From a virus (taxonomy: Duplodnaviria; Caudoviricetes), in the IMG/VR virus record IMGVR_UViG_3300029305_003084: DNA of 64,000 bases. One strand, 5' to 3'. The notes under the pieces were generated by a model that saw nothing but the letters and a program-made list of their open reading frames with translations, ran no database searches and was not told where the DNA came from. The translations under genes and the position numbers were made by a program. Positions 1 through 10,787 of this stretch are shown piece by piece. Within the stretch, counting starts at the first letter, position 1, and every line of letters begins with the position of its first letter.

Positions 1-40
1 AAATAAAAAAAGTATTTAAAAAAATAGTAGGATGATAATA

Positions 41-334
41 TCATCCTACTATTTTTATTCCAATTTCATTCTTAAGACTGCAAGCAAAATTAATTGCTTC
101 AGTCTCATCATTAAATCCCCAAACAAATGTAGGAGAATCTTCATCACATGGAGGGACGACCCAATTCCGACTACCATCAGGACGAATCCAACCAAGGTCA
201 ACTGCGTCTTCAAACGTATATATAGCTACATAATCATAGTAATAACCATTTCGGAGATTGTGTTCTTTCTCGACTTCCGTTAATGCAAGAGAGGAAATTA
301 CTCTTCGCATCATTACATAAAACTTATAAATCAT
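41..334 (-). CDS. hypothetical early protein
   Basis: 97-aa ORF with AAGGAG SD, early-type promoter upstream and a hairpin at 20-56 downstream. Confidence 0.7.
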   Translation of the reverse strand: MIYKFYVMMRRVISSLALTEVEKEHNLRNGYYYDYVAIYTFEDAVDLGWIRPDGSRNWVVPPCDEDSPTFVWGFNDETEAINFACSLKNEIGIKIVG

Positions 335-360
335 AATAATACTCCTTTTATTTTATTATA

Positions 361-396
361 ATTATAATATATAATTATAATCATTGGTTTTACGAT
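361..396 (-). promoter_or_regulatory. early-type phage promoter (TATATTAT with upstream AATCGT)
   Basis: Same motif recurs at 44731-44775, 46521-46562 and 49218-49262 before minus-strand non-structural genes. Confidence 0.6.
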
Positions 397-448
397 TTTA
401 TTTTACATTCAACAATATTTAAATTTATAGAACTGGAGGAATTATACT

Positions 449-745
449 ATGAATGTTACTCATATTGGTGATTTTGGTGAAGCTTTAAAGGCTGTTAAAT
501 CTGGTAAGAGAATTTCTCGTGAAGGCTGGAATGGCAAAGGTATGTTTGTTGTATATCAAAAGGCTTATCCTGATGGTATTCCCTGTAACAAACAAACTGC
601 TGAAGCATGGGGATTAAATGAAGGTGATCTGTTTAAATGTGAACCTTATTTACAGATTAGTACTACTGATGGTTCTCATGCTATGTGGGTACCTTCCATT
701 CGTGATATCCTTGCAGATGATTGGTATGTTGTTGAAATTGTATAA
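449..745 (+). CDS. DUF2829 / Tad2-like protein (putative nucleotide-signal sponge)
   Basis: FGEALKAVKSGKRISREGWNGKGMF...WVPSIRDILADDW family signature. Confidence 0.8.
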   Translation: MNVTHIGDFGEALKAVKSGKRISREGWNGKGMFVVYQKAYPDGIPCNKQTAEAWGLNEGDLFKCEPYLQISTTDGSHAMWVPSIRDILADDWYVVEIV

Positions 746-752
746 AAAATAT

Positions 753-782
753 ATCCCATATACTCAAATGAGTATATGGGAT
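753..782. terminator. bidirectional intrinsic terminator
   Basis: ATCCCATATACTCA-AA-TGAGTATATGGGAT between convergent genes. Confidence 0.7.
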
Positions 783-793
783 TATAATTATTT

Positions 794-2041
794 TTATTGA
801 CCAGCAATTTCCTCATTAGTACGAGGTAGGATAACGTGTTCGGTTTGAACAACACCATCAACAACAACTGTGGGTAACTTATCTTCAGTGAGCTCGATAA
901 TGCCTTCACCATGAGCATACATGAAGTATAACTGACCATCAGGATTGGACATAGTTGTCTTATCAATATTAACTGTACAGTTAGAGAAGCTAGTGGTCTT
1001 CTTACTAGGCTGGAAGAACATTAGACCAGCATATTCAGGATCAGGCCAATTATCCTGACCATTAGTAGATTCATAACTATTACCAATTAGGTTAACAGTA
1101 AATGTGGGATTACCTGCAGTTGTAATACGTGCCATATTTTTAGAAACTGCAGAATGATTGTTCTTAATATTAATAACTGCACCTTCATCTGCATTATAAA
1201 TATTAATAATGTTATTTGTGCAACATTCAGCAGAGAATGTATTGTTGGAGAATTCAGAGCCGCTCTTTAGAGCACCATAGATGTTAAGTAAGTTGTAAGA
1301 CTTTTCATCAGAATCGCCGAAAGTACAATCAGTAACCTTAACAACCATGGGGTTTTCACTTAGAACATTTAGAGGCTGATATGCTGCATCATCGCTTGCA
1401 GTTAAACCTTCAACGACACAGTTGGTCATAGTTAAAGAACCTACATTACGTACAGTCATTGCAGCATTACCACTTAATTTAACATTTTCTAGTTCTAGAG
1501 ACATAGGTTCTGCATTTTCATCAGAAGAACCAACGACACTAATAGGACCAGTTAGAACAGTATTAGCGGAACCAACAATTTTTACACTCTTATTGAAAGA
1601 TAGTGCTTCAGTGAATTCGCCATCCTGTAGCTTAATAGTAGCACCAGGTTCTGCAGTAGATAGAACTTCAGATAGTGCTTTATACTGACCACCGATACCG
1701 ACAGTAATGGCACCAGCATTTTCAGTGACACTACCAATAGATAGAATAGATGCAATTGAAACACGATTTAGTTCAGCATCATATTCACTAGAACTATCGA
1801 TTACAAGAGAAGGAACCTGAATGAATCGATGAGCATAAGGCTCAGGAGGACAATCATCAGGAATAGTGCTGTTGGAACGAGTATTTGCATCAATGACTCG
1901 TACAGAACCACTGAGAGTAGTTTCAACACCATTGTTTCTATAAACAAGGTCGTTAACAATGTCGCCTTCACGTAGTTCAACAACATTGCCATTATCAAGC
2001 TTTAGGCTTACGCCTAGCTTTGCAATTGCAGTAGTAGACAT
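794..2041 (-). CDS. pectin-lyase-like beta-helix protein, probably virion-associated
   Basis: YKALSEVLSTAEPGATIKLQDGEF start followed by Asn/Ile-rich beta-helix repeats; late motif at 2095-2106. Confidence 0.6.
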   Translation of the reverse strand: MSTTAIAKLGVSLKLDNGNVVELREGDIVNDLVYRNNGVETTLSGSVRVIDANTRSNSTIPDDCPPEPYAHRFIQVPSLVIDSSSEYDAELNRVSIASILSIGSVTENAGAITVGIGGQYKALSEVLSTAEPGATIKLQDGEFTEALSFNKSVKIVGSANTVLTGPISVVGSSDENAEPMSLELENVKLSGNAAMTVRNVGSLTMTNCVVEGLTASDDAAYQPLNVLSENPMVVKVTDCTFGDSDEKSYNLLNIYGALKSGSEFSNNTFSAECCTNNIINIYNADEGAVINIKNNHSAVSKNMARITTAGNPTFTVNLIGNSYESTNGQDNWPDPEYAGLMFFQPSKKTTSFSNCTVNIDKTTMSNPDGQLYFMYAHGEGIIELTEDKLPTVVVDGVVQTEHVILPRTNEEIAGQ

Positions 2042-2179
2042 AGATAATACCGCCTTTCTATATTTTATATGATATAATAAAATGTCATATTATTTATATA
2101 TATGTTACAAAACGAAAAATGCTCGTAGTTTTAGTCTATAAACAATAAAGTAAATATATTATGTTAGGAGGTCGATTTT

Positions 2180-2557
2180 ATGGAACTCAATATTGTTGAT
2201 ATGATTAAACCTGAACTATTGGTACTAATTCCTGTTTGTTGGGGTATTGGCATTCTGATTAGAGCTACAAAATGTCCTAATAAATTCATTCCTTTTATTA
2301 ATGCACTTATTTCTGTTATTTTAGCATTCCTATACGTATTCTCTAGTAGTTCTATTAATAGTATCGGTTTAGATTGTTTCATTTCCATCACTCAAGGTAT
2401 TGTTTGTTGGGCCATTTCTTGGGTAACTTATGATAAGTTTATCAAGAGTGGTGTAGAGAATGATTATAAAGTAAAATTAACATCAACTAATGGTGACGGT
2501 GTAACTCAGAATTATACATGTAAATTAGATGATGACTCTAGTGATGCACTAGGTTAA
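2180..2557 (+). CDS. phage holin
   Basis: IKPELLVLIPVCWGIG...NKFIP...ITQGI motifs, three hydrophobic segments, late motif at 2141-2152. Confidence 0.75.
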   Translation: MELNIVDMIKPELLVLIPVCWGIGILIRATKCPNKFIPFINALISVILAFLYVFSSSSINSIGLDCFISITQGIVCWAISWVTYDKFIKSGVENDYKVKLTSTNGDGVTQNYTCKLDDDSSDALG

Positions 2558-2566
2558 AAAATAAAA

Positions 2567-2600
2567 CTCCCTATACTGGATATTTCACCAGTATAGGGAG
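2567..2600 (+). terminator. intrinsic terminator
   Basis: CTCCCTATACTGG...CCAGTATAGGGAG hairpin after the holin. Confidence 0.65.
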
Positions 2601-2765
2601 AGTAATTTAACACAATTTATATAACATTATTTTAAGGGACCGGATAATATCATATAAATTATGATTGATATAATATCAATAATAATACAAGAATACTTAT
2701 ATTACCTTAAATTAAAATAATGTTTATGCTTTTATTTTTTATTATAAATTAAAGGATGTGAATTT

Positions 2766-4886
2766 ATGAAAAAGGATAAAAATATTATAAAATTTAGAGC
2801 TAAAAATAAAGTATTTGATGAATCGGAACTAAATGATATATTCATTGAACATAATTTTGCTATTATGGCAGAGAATTATATTGATAACTTTAATAATATT
2901 AATCCTGAATATTTGGACGAAAATAGATTAGAAAAGATTTTAAATTCAGATAATATTTTAAAAAATCTTAAAAATTATATTATTGAAATAACAAACCAAT
3001 ACAACAGCGATCCAAATGCACATAATGCTTCTATGGCAATTCTATATGATGTTATTATTGGTGGTGAATTACAATTAACTGATAATGAAAATATTTTTGA
3101 TAAATTACTTCCAACTAATTTATCAGATGATGAGTTATATGTAGAATTAGAAACTCATATAAATAATGTTAAAAAAGTTAAAGCAATATTAAATTCATTA
3201 ATGATTGCAAATTTTGAAAGATTTATTGCATATTTAAGTTTATGTAAAATAGAATTTAATAATCTATCTGATAATGAAAAGATTAAATTCTTTAAAAAAT
3301 CTATAGATAACAGGTCTAGTGATTTTATAAAAAAGAACTCAGTATCTACTGAAATGGATTTTAAAGAATTTAATGGTGGTAAGGTTTATATAAATAATGA
3401 CGTATATAATGAAAATAAAATATACATGAAACCATCAAGATTTTTATTACGAGCATTAAAGTATGATATGGTTATAGTGACTCATGGTAAAGCTGTATCA
3501 AAATCTGTCGGAAATACTTGGTGGATACAAGGTGTAAATATTGGAGGTAATATATATACTAATGTCAATAAATTACTAAATAATTCTGAATTAACACATG
3601 GGAAGAAAATATTACTTATGATATGCAATCCTGATGATATTTATATTAATACAAATAATATACCAAAACTTAAAAATGTTGATATTACATATGTTAATGG
3701 ATTTAATAAAGATTCTGGTTATGATTTAATCTTTGAAAATGTTGCTATTAATTATGATTATAATTTATACGATATTAGTAAATATTGGAAATCATATATC
3801 AATGATATTAAAAATAATATTACTCCAATAATCAATATTATTGATAATATTTTATCCGATAATGATCCAATATATTACTCATCTAATATTGAATGCATTG
3901 GTGTTGGTAATGGGATATATTTGGATAATCATAAATGTAAAAATCAACGTGACTTTTTACGTATTTGGTATAACTCATTTTTATCAATTATTAATCGTTA
4001 TAAATATATGGTGTATTTTGAAACACAATTAATGCGACATTATAATGATAGAGGTATTATTAAAGAATTATATTATACATGGAACAGTACAAGATCAAGA
4101 ATTTTAAGATTGGAACCATCAAAAAGTAAGTTATCATATAAATATAGATCAGTATCCGAATGTTTTGAAGATGTATTATTACATACTGAATTATTTGGTG
4201 CAACTGGTCGTGCTATCGGAATATTTGAAAATAATTGTACATCAGGAAGTATTACATTTGAATTAGGATCATTATATGACACAGTCATTGGAAATGGTGA
4301 TGAGTGTGTAGACAGTAGATTATTCTTTTATATGACATTAGAAAAATGTAAAAGTATAATGGAAAAATATAACATACACACCCAACCATATCGAAAAATT
4401 TCCGAATATAGACATAATGGTGATGTGGAATATATCTGTGAAGAATCGGTAAATATTATTGATAGTTCATATAAACTATATGAGGGTCAAATTAAATTAT
4501 TACCATTTAAGAATGATACAATGTCTATTGAAATAAGTCCAAATAAATCATTTATGGATCAGTATGATGAGATTCATAAAGTATTACAAGAAAATAAGAA
4601 GAATAATAATATTGAAGGTATGAAACATAGTCTTGGACTAATGTTTTCTTTAATTACAATGATTGAACGTAATAAAAAATATAAAAATCGTGATAAAGAA
4701 GCCGTAAAAGCTCGAGCGTTTGCCATTAATGACTTTAAATCATATTTAAAAATTATTCAAAAAGAAGATAAAAATTTTGATTTTATGAGATTTTATGAGG
4801 AAAATCATTACGGCAAGACGATTATTAATATTGATATTGAAACTATAAAAGGTATAAAACAAATATTTAAATCAATATTATTGTAA
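2766..4886 (+). CDS. large hypothetical protein, probable internal head protein
   Basis: 706 aa, late motif at 2623-2634, several hydrophobic-X-E-[NS] motifs like other head proteins here. Confidence 0.5.
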   Translation: MKKDKNIIKFRAKNKVFDESELNDIFIEHNFAIMAENYIDNFNNINPEYLDENRLEKILNSDNILKNLKNYIIEITNQYNSDPNAHNASMAILYDVIIGGELQLTDNENIFDKLLPTNLSDDELYVELETHINNVKKVKAILNSLMIANFERFIAYLSLCKIEFNNLSDNEKIKFFKKSIDNRSSDFIKKNSVSTEMDFKEFNGGKVYINNDVYNENKIYMKPSRFLLRALKYDMVIVTHGKAVSKSVGNTWWIQGVNIGGNIYTNVNKLLNNSELTHGKKILLMICNPDDIYINTNNIPKLKNVDITYVNGFNKDSGYDLIFENVAINYDYNLYDISKYWKSYINDIKNNITPIINIIDNILSDNDPIYYSSNIECIGVGNGIYLDNHKCKNQRDFLRIWYNSFLSIINRYKYMVYFETQLMRHYNDRGIIKELYYTWNSTRSRILRLEPSKSKLSYKYRSVSECFEDVLLHTELFGATGRAIGIFENNCTSGSITFELGSLYDTVIGNGDECVDSRLFFYMTLEKCKSIMEKYNIHTQPYRKISEYRHNGDVEYICEESVNIIDSSYKLYEGQIKLLPFKNDTMSIEISPNKSFMDQYDEIHKVLQENKKNNNIEGMKHSLGLMFSLITMIERNKKYKNRDKEAVKARAFAINDFKSYLKIIQKEDKNFDFMRFYEENHYGKTIINIDIETIKGIKQIFKSILL

Positions 4887-4973
4887 TATTTGATTACGTT
4901 ATCCCACAGATTTCTCGTCTGTGGGATAAATTTAATCATTTTTATATCTTTTATAGAAAGAAGGGATATCACT

Positions 4974-7900
4974 ATGCGATATATTATTAAGAGAAACGGT
5001 GATAAAAACCTTTTCGAGCCTATTAAAATTGAATTAGCAATTAAAAAGGCGTTTATGGGATTAGGTTATGACGAAAGTTATATTAACCCAATTTGTAAAG
5101 AATTATCATTAAATGTGTCAAATAATCTTTCATTTGATCAGAATACAAATACTGTAGATATTGAGCAAGTTCAGGATGAAGTAGAAAAGGCTCTAATGGT
5201 TTACTTCCCTGATGTTGCAAAGGCATATATTTTATATAGAGAAAATAGACGAAAGACTCGAGATATGATGGGTCGATTAATGAATACATATGAAGGTATT
5301 ACATCATTAGATAGTGCAAATATTGATATGATTCGTGAAAATGCCAATATTAATGGTGTTACTCCTATGGGTAGTATGTTAAAATTCGGTTCAGAATCTG
5401 CTAAAGAATATTATCAATTGCGCATGTTAAATCCTGATCATGCAAAGGCACATAATGAGGGTGATATTCATATTCATGATCTTGATTTCTATAGTTTTAC
5501 GACAACTTGTTGTCAGATTAATTTAACAAAATTATTTAAAGATGGATTTACAACAGGTCATGGTCATTTAAGAGAACCCCAATCAATTGCATCATATGCG
5601 GCACTTGCAGCTATTGCAATTCAGAGTAATCAGAATGACCAACATAAACTGAACATTGTGTCGCTATGATGAAAGTCATAGTAGAAACTGCGTTAACTTG
5701 TGTTCCGCAAGGTGTGAGAATAACGTTTAGTAACAGTAGGAAATGACTGCTAATATTCTTGCTAACTGGGGAAATCATATATTCACACCAAATATATGAC
5801 AATCCAGTGCCACGTTTAATCAAATCAAATTAATTATAACACAGAATATAATCTCTATTTAATATTTAACTAGAGGTGATATTATGAGTTTAGTGCAAAT
5901 TAGTGCATTATGGTCATTAGATCATATTAAAGACAATTATTATTTCGATACTGAAACATTCAATATTATTAATATGGATACAAATAGAATTTTAAAACCA
6001 TATATTGATAAACGGGGATATTATGCTGTAGGATTACAACGTAAATATCCCACAAATACTGGAAGAATGACAAATAATGTAAAATATCATAAAATTATTG
6101 CATTATCTATTATTAATAATGGTCCATATGAATTGATTGAGCATATAAATGATAATCCTTTGGATAATAATCCATCAAATTTAAAATTTTCCAATCATAG
6201 AAATAACAGTATAAGTATGTTTAAAAATGGAAAAAACGGTAATATTGATTCTATTTATAAATTAATTATGGCTGATGGTACCGTGTATACTGGAACTATG
6301 AAGGAAATTTCTAAAGCTAGTGGTATTCCAAAAGGTACATTATATGATAGATTTTATATGTTTAATTGTGATGTTGATAAATCAAAAGGAACTCAAAGAA
6401 AACATAAAATCAAAGATTTTCAAGAATTGAGTTCTGGCTCAGGTAGATCTAAAGAGATTGAATATTCAGTAAGTGTTATAATAGGTGGATATGATGATTA
6501 AACAGGTCAACAGACTAGAAAAAGGATAACTGCCGCATAAGGGTTGAGGTTTGGTCACCTCTTAACAGTGAATAACCGAGTATCGTAGCTTTTGGGATGG
6601 AAACAAAAGCGAAAAATGCAGACCCCTAACTAGGTGAAGCTAGAGGGGTAAGATATAGTCGGCTATCTATTTTTTAAATAGATTGTGGGTGGACAAAGCA
6701 TTCCTAGTTTTGATCGTGATATGGCTCCTGGTGTAAAAAAGACTTATATTAAAAATTTTAAAAATCATTTAATTAATACTTATGAAGATATTATGAATAT
6801 TGATAATGCTAAAGAAATTATTAACGAAGCATTAATTAAAGTAACAAATGTTACCAATGAATATCCTATGCTAGAGAATATTGCTGGTTGGGATGCCACA
6901 TTGGCATATAAATTGACTGATAATGAAAATAATCTTGATAATATTTATCGAATTATTGAAATTGCTAGAAAACGAGCATTAAAAGATACTGATAGAGATA
7001 CCTATCAGGCAATGGAAGGATTTATTCATAATCTTAATACCATGCATTCGAGAGCAGGTGGTCAGGTACCATTTAGTTCAATAAACTACGGTACTGATAC
7101 TTCCCCTGAAGGTAGAATGGTTATGAAAAATCTATTACTAACTACTATTAATGGTCTTGGTAATGGAGAAACCCCGATTTTTCCGATTCAGATCTTCAAG
7201 ATGAAGAGAGGAATTAATTGTGAAGAAGGAGAACCTAATTATGATTTATATAGATTAGCACTTCTATGTACTTCGAAAAGAATGTTCCCCAATTTCTCCT
7301 TCATTGACGCACCTTATAATTTACAATACTATGATCCTGAACGTCCTGAAACGGAAATTGCGTATATGGGATGTAGAACCCGAGTTATTGGTAATATAAA
7401 TGATAAGTCTAGAGAACAAGTTGACTCTAGAGGCAACCTAAGTTTCACATCTATTAATCTACCTAGAATCGGTATTGAAGCTAATGGTAATATTAGTGAA
7501 TTCTTTAATATGTTAGATGATAGACTAAACTTAGTATATGATCAATTATTAGAACGCCTTGAAGTACAGTCTAAACGGAAAGTATATAATTTCCCATTTA
7601 TGATGGGAAATGGAGTTTGGCTCGATTCTGAGAAACTTGACTGGAATGATGAAGTTAGAGAAGTATTAAAACATGGTACACTATCTATCGGTTTCATTGG
7701 TTTGGCTGAATGTCTAAAAGCATTAATTGGTAAACATCATGGTGAATCTGAAGAAGCACAAGAATTAGGCTTAACAATTGTTAAACATATGCGAGATTTT
7801 ACAGATAGAAAAACTATTGAGAGTGGTTTAAATATTACATTACTTGCCACCCCTGCAGAAAATTTGTCTGGACGCTTTGTAAATATTGATAAAAAACGAT

Positions 7901-8352
7901 ATGGTATCATTGAAGGTGTTACCGATAAAGATTATTATACTAATTCAACACATATTCCAGTTTATTATGATATTAGTGTGTTTGATAAGATTAAATTAGA
8001 AGCTCCTTATCATCAGTATGAGAATGCTGGTCATATTGCATATGTTGAAATTGATGGTGATCCTAGTACTAATTTAGATGCATTAGATAATATTGTTAAG
8101 TGTATGCAAGAATCCGGTATTGGTTATGGTGCCATTAATCATCCTCTAGATAGAGATCCTGTTTGTGGTTATAATGGCATTATTTATGACTGCTGCCCTA
8201 ACTGTAATCGTACAGAAGAAGATATGCCTTTTGAACGTATCAGAAGAATCACGGGATATCTCGTCGGCACGCTCGATAGATTTAATAATGCTAAGAGAGC
8301 TGAAGAATCTCAGCGAGTAAAACATGCAAGAATTCCATTTAATAATAAGTAA
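4974..8352 (+). CDS. nrdD: anaerobic ribonucleoside-triphosphate reductase, spliced: exons 4974-5645 and 6688-8352 (about 778 aa)
   Basis: ATP-cone N-terminus, IHIHDLD, TTTCCQI, joined NDQH|GGQS, YMGCRT, RRITGYL glycyl-radical loop. Confidence 0.93.
5646..6687 (+). mobile_element. group I intron in nrdD
   Basis: 5' exon ends in U, intron ends in G, CAGACTA and AAGATATAGTC core elements, removal restores the frame and the NDQHGGQS motif. Confidence 0.9.
5884..6501 (+). CDS. intron-encoded HNH homing endonuclease
   Basis: YHKIIA...EHINDNPLDNNPSNL HNH motif and C-terminal HTH-like segment. Confidence 0.85.
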   Translation: MSLVQISALWSLDHIKDNYYFDTETFNIINMDTNRILKPYIDKRGYYAVGLQRKYPTNTGRMTNNVKYHKIIALSIINNGPYELIEHINDNPLDNNPSNLKFSNHRNNSISMFKNGKNGNIDSIYKLIMADGTVYTGTMKEISKASGIPKGTLYDRFYMFNCDVDKSKGTQRKHKIKDFQELSSGSGRSKEIEYSVSVIIGGYDD

Positions 8353-8400
8353 TTTATATTACAACTATTATATTAATAGTAATTGAATAATTCAAAAGAG

Positions 8401-8420
8401 TTTTCAATTATATATTATAT
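8401..8420 (+). promoter_or_regulatory. early-type phage promoter
   Basis: TTTTCAATTATATATTATA; similar at 13329-13347 and 13841-13858. Confidence 0.55.
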
Positions 8421-8480
8421 ACGTATAAACCACATATAATGGTTTATATACTATTCGATTTTATTTGGAGGTAACGTACA

Positions 8481-9077
8481 ATGAATGTAAACGCTAACAA
8501 CAACATGGGTGGTAATAACATCCTCGACAAGACTATCGATATTAATCCCGTCGGCGTAATTTATAATCTCACTAGTGAGATTATTGAAGATTATGTAGAG
8601 CAGTATCTTGCCAGCAAGGGCGTAGATAATATTTCTCGCGTAAAGCTTATGGTAAGAAATGAAGGTAAGACCAGTCCTTATGTGGCACTGTATCTTTTCC
8701 TGAATAAGAATTCTTCCGCAATTGTATCCAATATCAATTCTATTCCTCCTGTGCTGAGAGATAAGATTGATAAGGTTAGTGTAAGTATGTCTGATGAGTT
8801 CAAGAAGGTTGTAACTCCTCTGACTGGTAATGACATTGAGTCTGGTCGTGCAGAAGGTGCAGATTATTATGTTAAGCTGAACATCTTCCGTGCAATTGGT
8901 ATGATGCTATCTGCTGATCCTAGAAAGCATAATCTGGTTATTACTGATGCAAAGAGACTGCCTAGAGGTAACTCTGTAATCTCTGTTCTGAAGGGCACTA
9001 ACTACAATTATGGTGGTTCTAGCGATAATGATAAGTACTCTCGTCAGGTTGACAGTCTGGAAAAGAGACATCGCTAA
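8481..9077 (+). CDS. hypothetical, probably highly expressed early protein
   Basis: GGAGG SD, biased codons (CTG, AAG, AAC), terminator at 9085-9126. Confidence 0.8.
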   Translation: MNVNANNNMGGNNILDKTIDINPVGVIYNLTSEIIEDYVEQYLASKGVDNISRVKLMVRNEGKTSPYVALYLFLNKNSSAIVSNINSIPPVLRDKIDKVSVSMSDEFKKVVTPLTGNDIESGRAEGADYYVKLNIFRAIGMMLSADPRKHNLVITDAKRLPRGNSVISVLKGTNYNYGGSSDNDKYSRQVDSLEKRHR

Positions 9078-9172
9078 TTAAATAAAATAAGACCTGTATA
9101 CATTAAGTTGTATACAGGTCTTATTTAAATTTTTTGTAATAAATATGAATTATAAAAAAGTGAGGTATAGTT

Positions 9173-9667
9173 ATGATTATTACTAATATTGATAATAATA
9201 CTGATTCTTGTAAATTTTATATGTGGTGTCCTAACTGTGGATATCATTATTTAAATCCCTATGAAAAATCATTAGATGACGGATGTTATGAAGAAAAATG
9301 TCCAGAATGTGATGATGGTATTATGTATGATATTGATTATAATATTTTTGATATTATTATTAATTTAAATAAAAAAGGATATAGAACATTTGCTTGTTGT
9401 GAAGGCCATAAAACTGGAAATAATGAAACACTTCCTCGTATTGGTTTTTGTACCGATGACTTATATAATAACGGGTTTTGTGTATTATTTGAAACAATAA
9501 GTACTATACTTATTGATTTATATCATATTGACGTTGATCAAGTATATTTTGATGTATATTTAAGTTTCATGTATGAAACTAAATATACATTTGAAGAAGC
9601 TAAAGAAATCTGGTTAACTAAAATGCGAGAAGTTGTTGATAAATTACCTTGTATTGGAGGAGAATAA
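9173..9667 (+). CDS. Zn-ribbon protein with LNKKGYRTFACCEGH motif
   Basis: CPNC and CPEC pairs plus TxxCCEGH motif. Confidence 0.65.
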   Translation: MIITNIDNNTDSCKFYMWCPNCGYHYLNPYEKSLDDGCYEEKCPECDDGIMYDIDYNIFDIIINLNKKGYRTFACCEGHKTGNNETLPRIGFCTDDLYNNGFCVLFETISTILIDLYHIDVDQVYFDVYLSFMYETKYTFEEAKEIWLTKMREVVDKLPCIGGE

Positions 9668-9668
9668 T

Positions 9669-9911
9669 ATGGTATTTAGTAAAATTTGTACACATTATGA
9701 ACGGGAATGTGAGCATAAAAATTTTGACGCAAGATATTATATTTACACATGTATTGGTCCATCAGCATGTATTTATTATGATCCGACATATGGTATATCT
9801 AATGAGACTGAAATAGATAGAAATACTCAGGATAATAAAAGTACTATGATTGATGATAGTGCATATACAATTTGCCCTCATTGTGGACATAAAATTTATA
9901 AGGAGAAATGA
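9669..9911 (+). CDS. small Cys-rich Zn-binding protein
   Basis: GGAGGAG SD before ATG 9669; CPHCGH. Confidence 0.6.
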   Translation: MVFSKICTHYERECEHKNFDARYYIYTCIGPSACIYYDPTYGISNETEIDRNTQDNKSTMIDDSAYTICPHCGHKIYKEK

Positions 9912-10354
9912 TTATGTTAAATTTATTATTAGATATTTTAATTATTTTCTGTTTTAGTTTGTTATTAATTATCGGATTTATTATGATCCCTCATCATTTT
10001 ATTACTGTAAAAAAAGATATGAATTTTGCATTGACTAAATGGGATAATCATGAACACTATTTAGTACAATTATCGTTCTTTGAATTCTTAAAAATTTATC
10101 ATGCTACACCATGGGTATATCATGACTTTAGAAAATGTATTGTGAAGAGAAATGATTATATTATTCATTTTAACCTTATTGATACAGTATTATATCGATT
10201 TTGGAATAGATATATTCGATACTACGGTGATGCAGATAATGCGTATAAATTAGATTTATTTGATCTAATTCAAGAAGATATTGGATATGAAAATGATAGT
10301 AAATATGTTATGAGAGTTCAAAAAATTATTGATAAAGAATATGGTAGGGTGTAA
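9908..10354 (+). CDS. hypothetical membrane-anchored protein
   Basis: N-terminal hydrophobic helix, overlaps previous stop. Confidence 0.6.
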   Translation: MIMLNLLLDILIIFCFSLLLIIGFIMIPHHFITVKKDMNFALTKWDNHEHYLVQLSFFEFLKIYHATPWVYHDFRKCIVKRNDYIIHFNLIDTVLYRFWNRYIRYYGDADNAYKLDLFDLIQEDIGYENDSKYVMRVQKIIDKEYGRV

Positions 10355-10412
10355 GTAATATTTTAAAATCTAATCCACATAAAAGTAATACAATTCATAT
10401 GGAGGTGGTAAA

Positions 10413-10775
10413 ATGGCAAAGAAATTTAAAGATCCTGAATTTAAATATGAGATTGAAGATATCGTAGGAATTGTGCGTGAAAATGATACACATGATTGGG
10501 TTAAGGCAGTTCTAAGAATTGCATGGGGTGACAACCCTAGTACATTGGATATTAGATCAATTAATCTAAAAAATAAAAGATTAGGTAAAGGAATCTCATT
10601 ATCTAATGAGGATGCTGATCGTTTAGTTAATATCCTATTAGAAAACGATTTTGGCACATTAGAAGATTTAGAGAATGCAATTAGAAGAAAACGTAGTTTC
10701 TTTACAATAGAAGAAAAACCTATTGAACTTGATGAATGTGATGATGATTTAATGTATGTCATCAATATCGATTAA
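10413..10775 (+). CDS. PC4/YdbC-like ssDNA-binding protein
   Basis: IAWGDNPSTLDIRS...LGKGISLS motif, acidic tail. Confidence 0.7.
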   Translation: MAKKFKDPEFKYEIEDIVGIVRENDTHDWVKAVLRIAWGDNPSTLDIRSINLKNKRLGKGISLSNEDADRLVNILLENDFGTLEDLENAIRRKRSFFTIEEKPIELDECDDDLMYVINID

Positions 10776-10787
10776 AGGAATGATATT

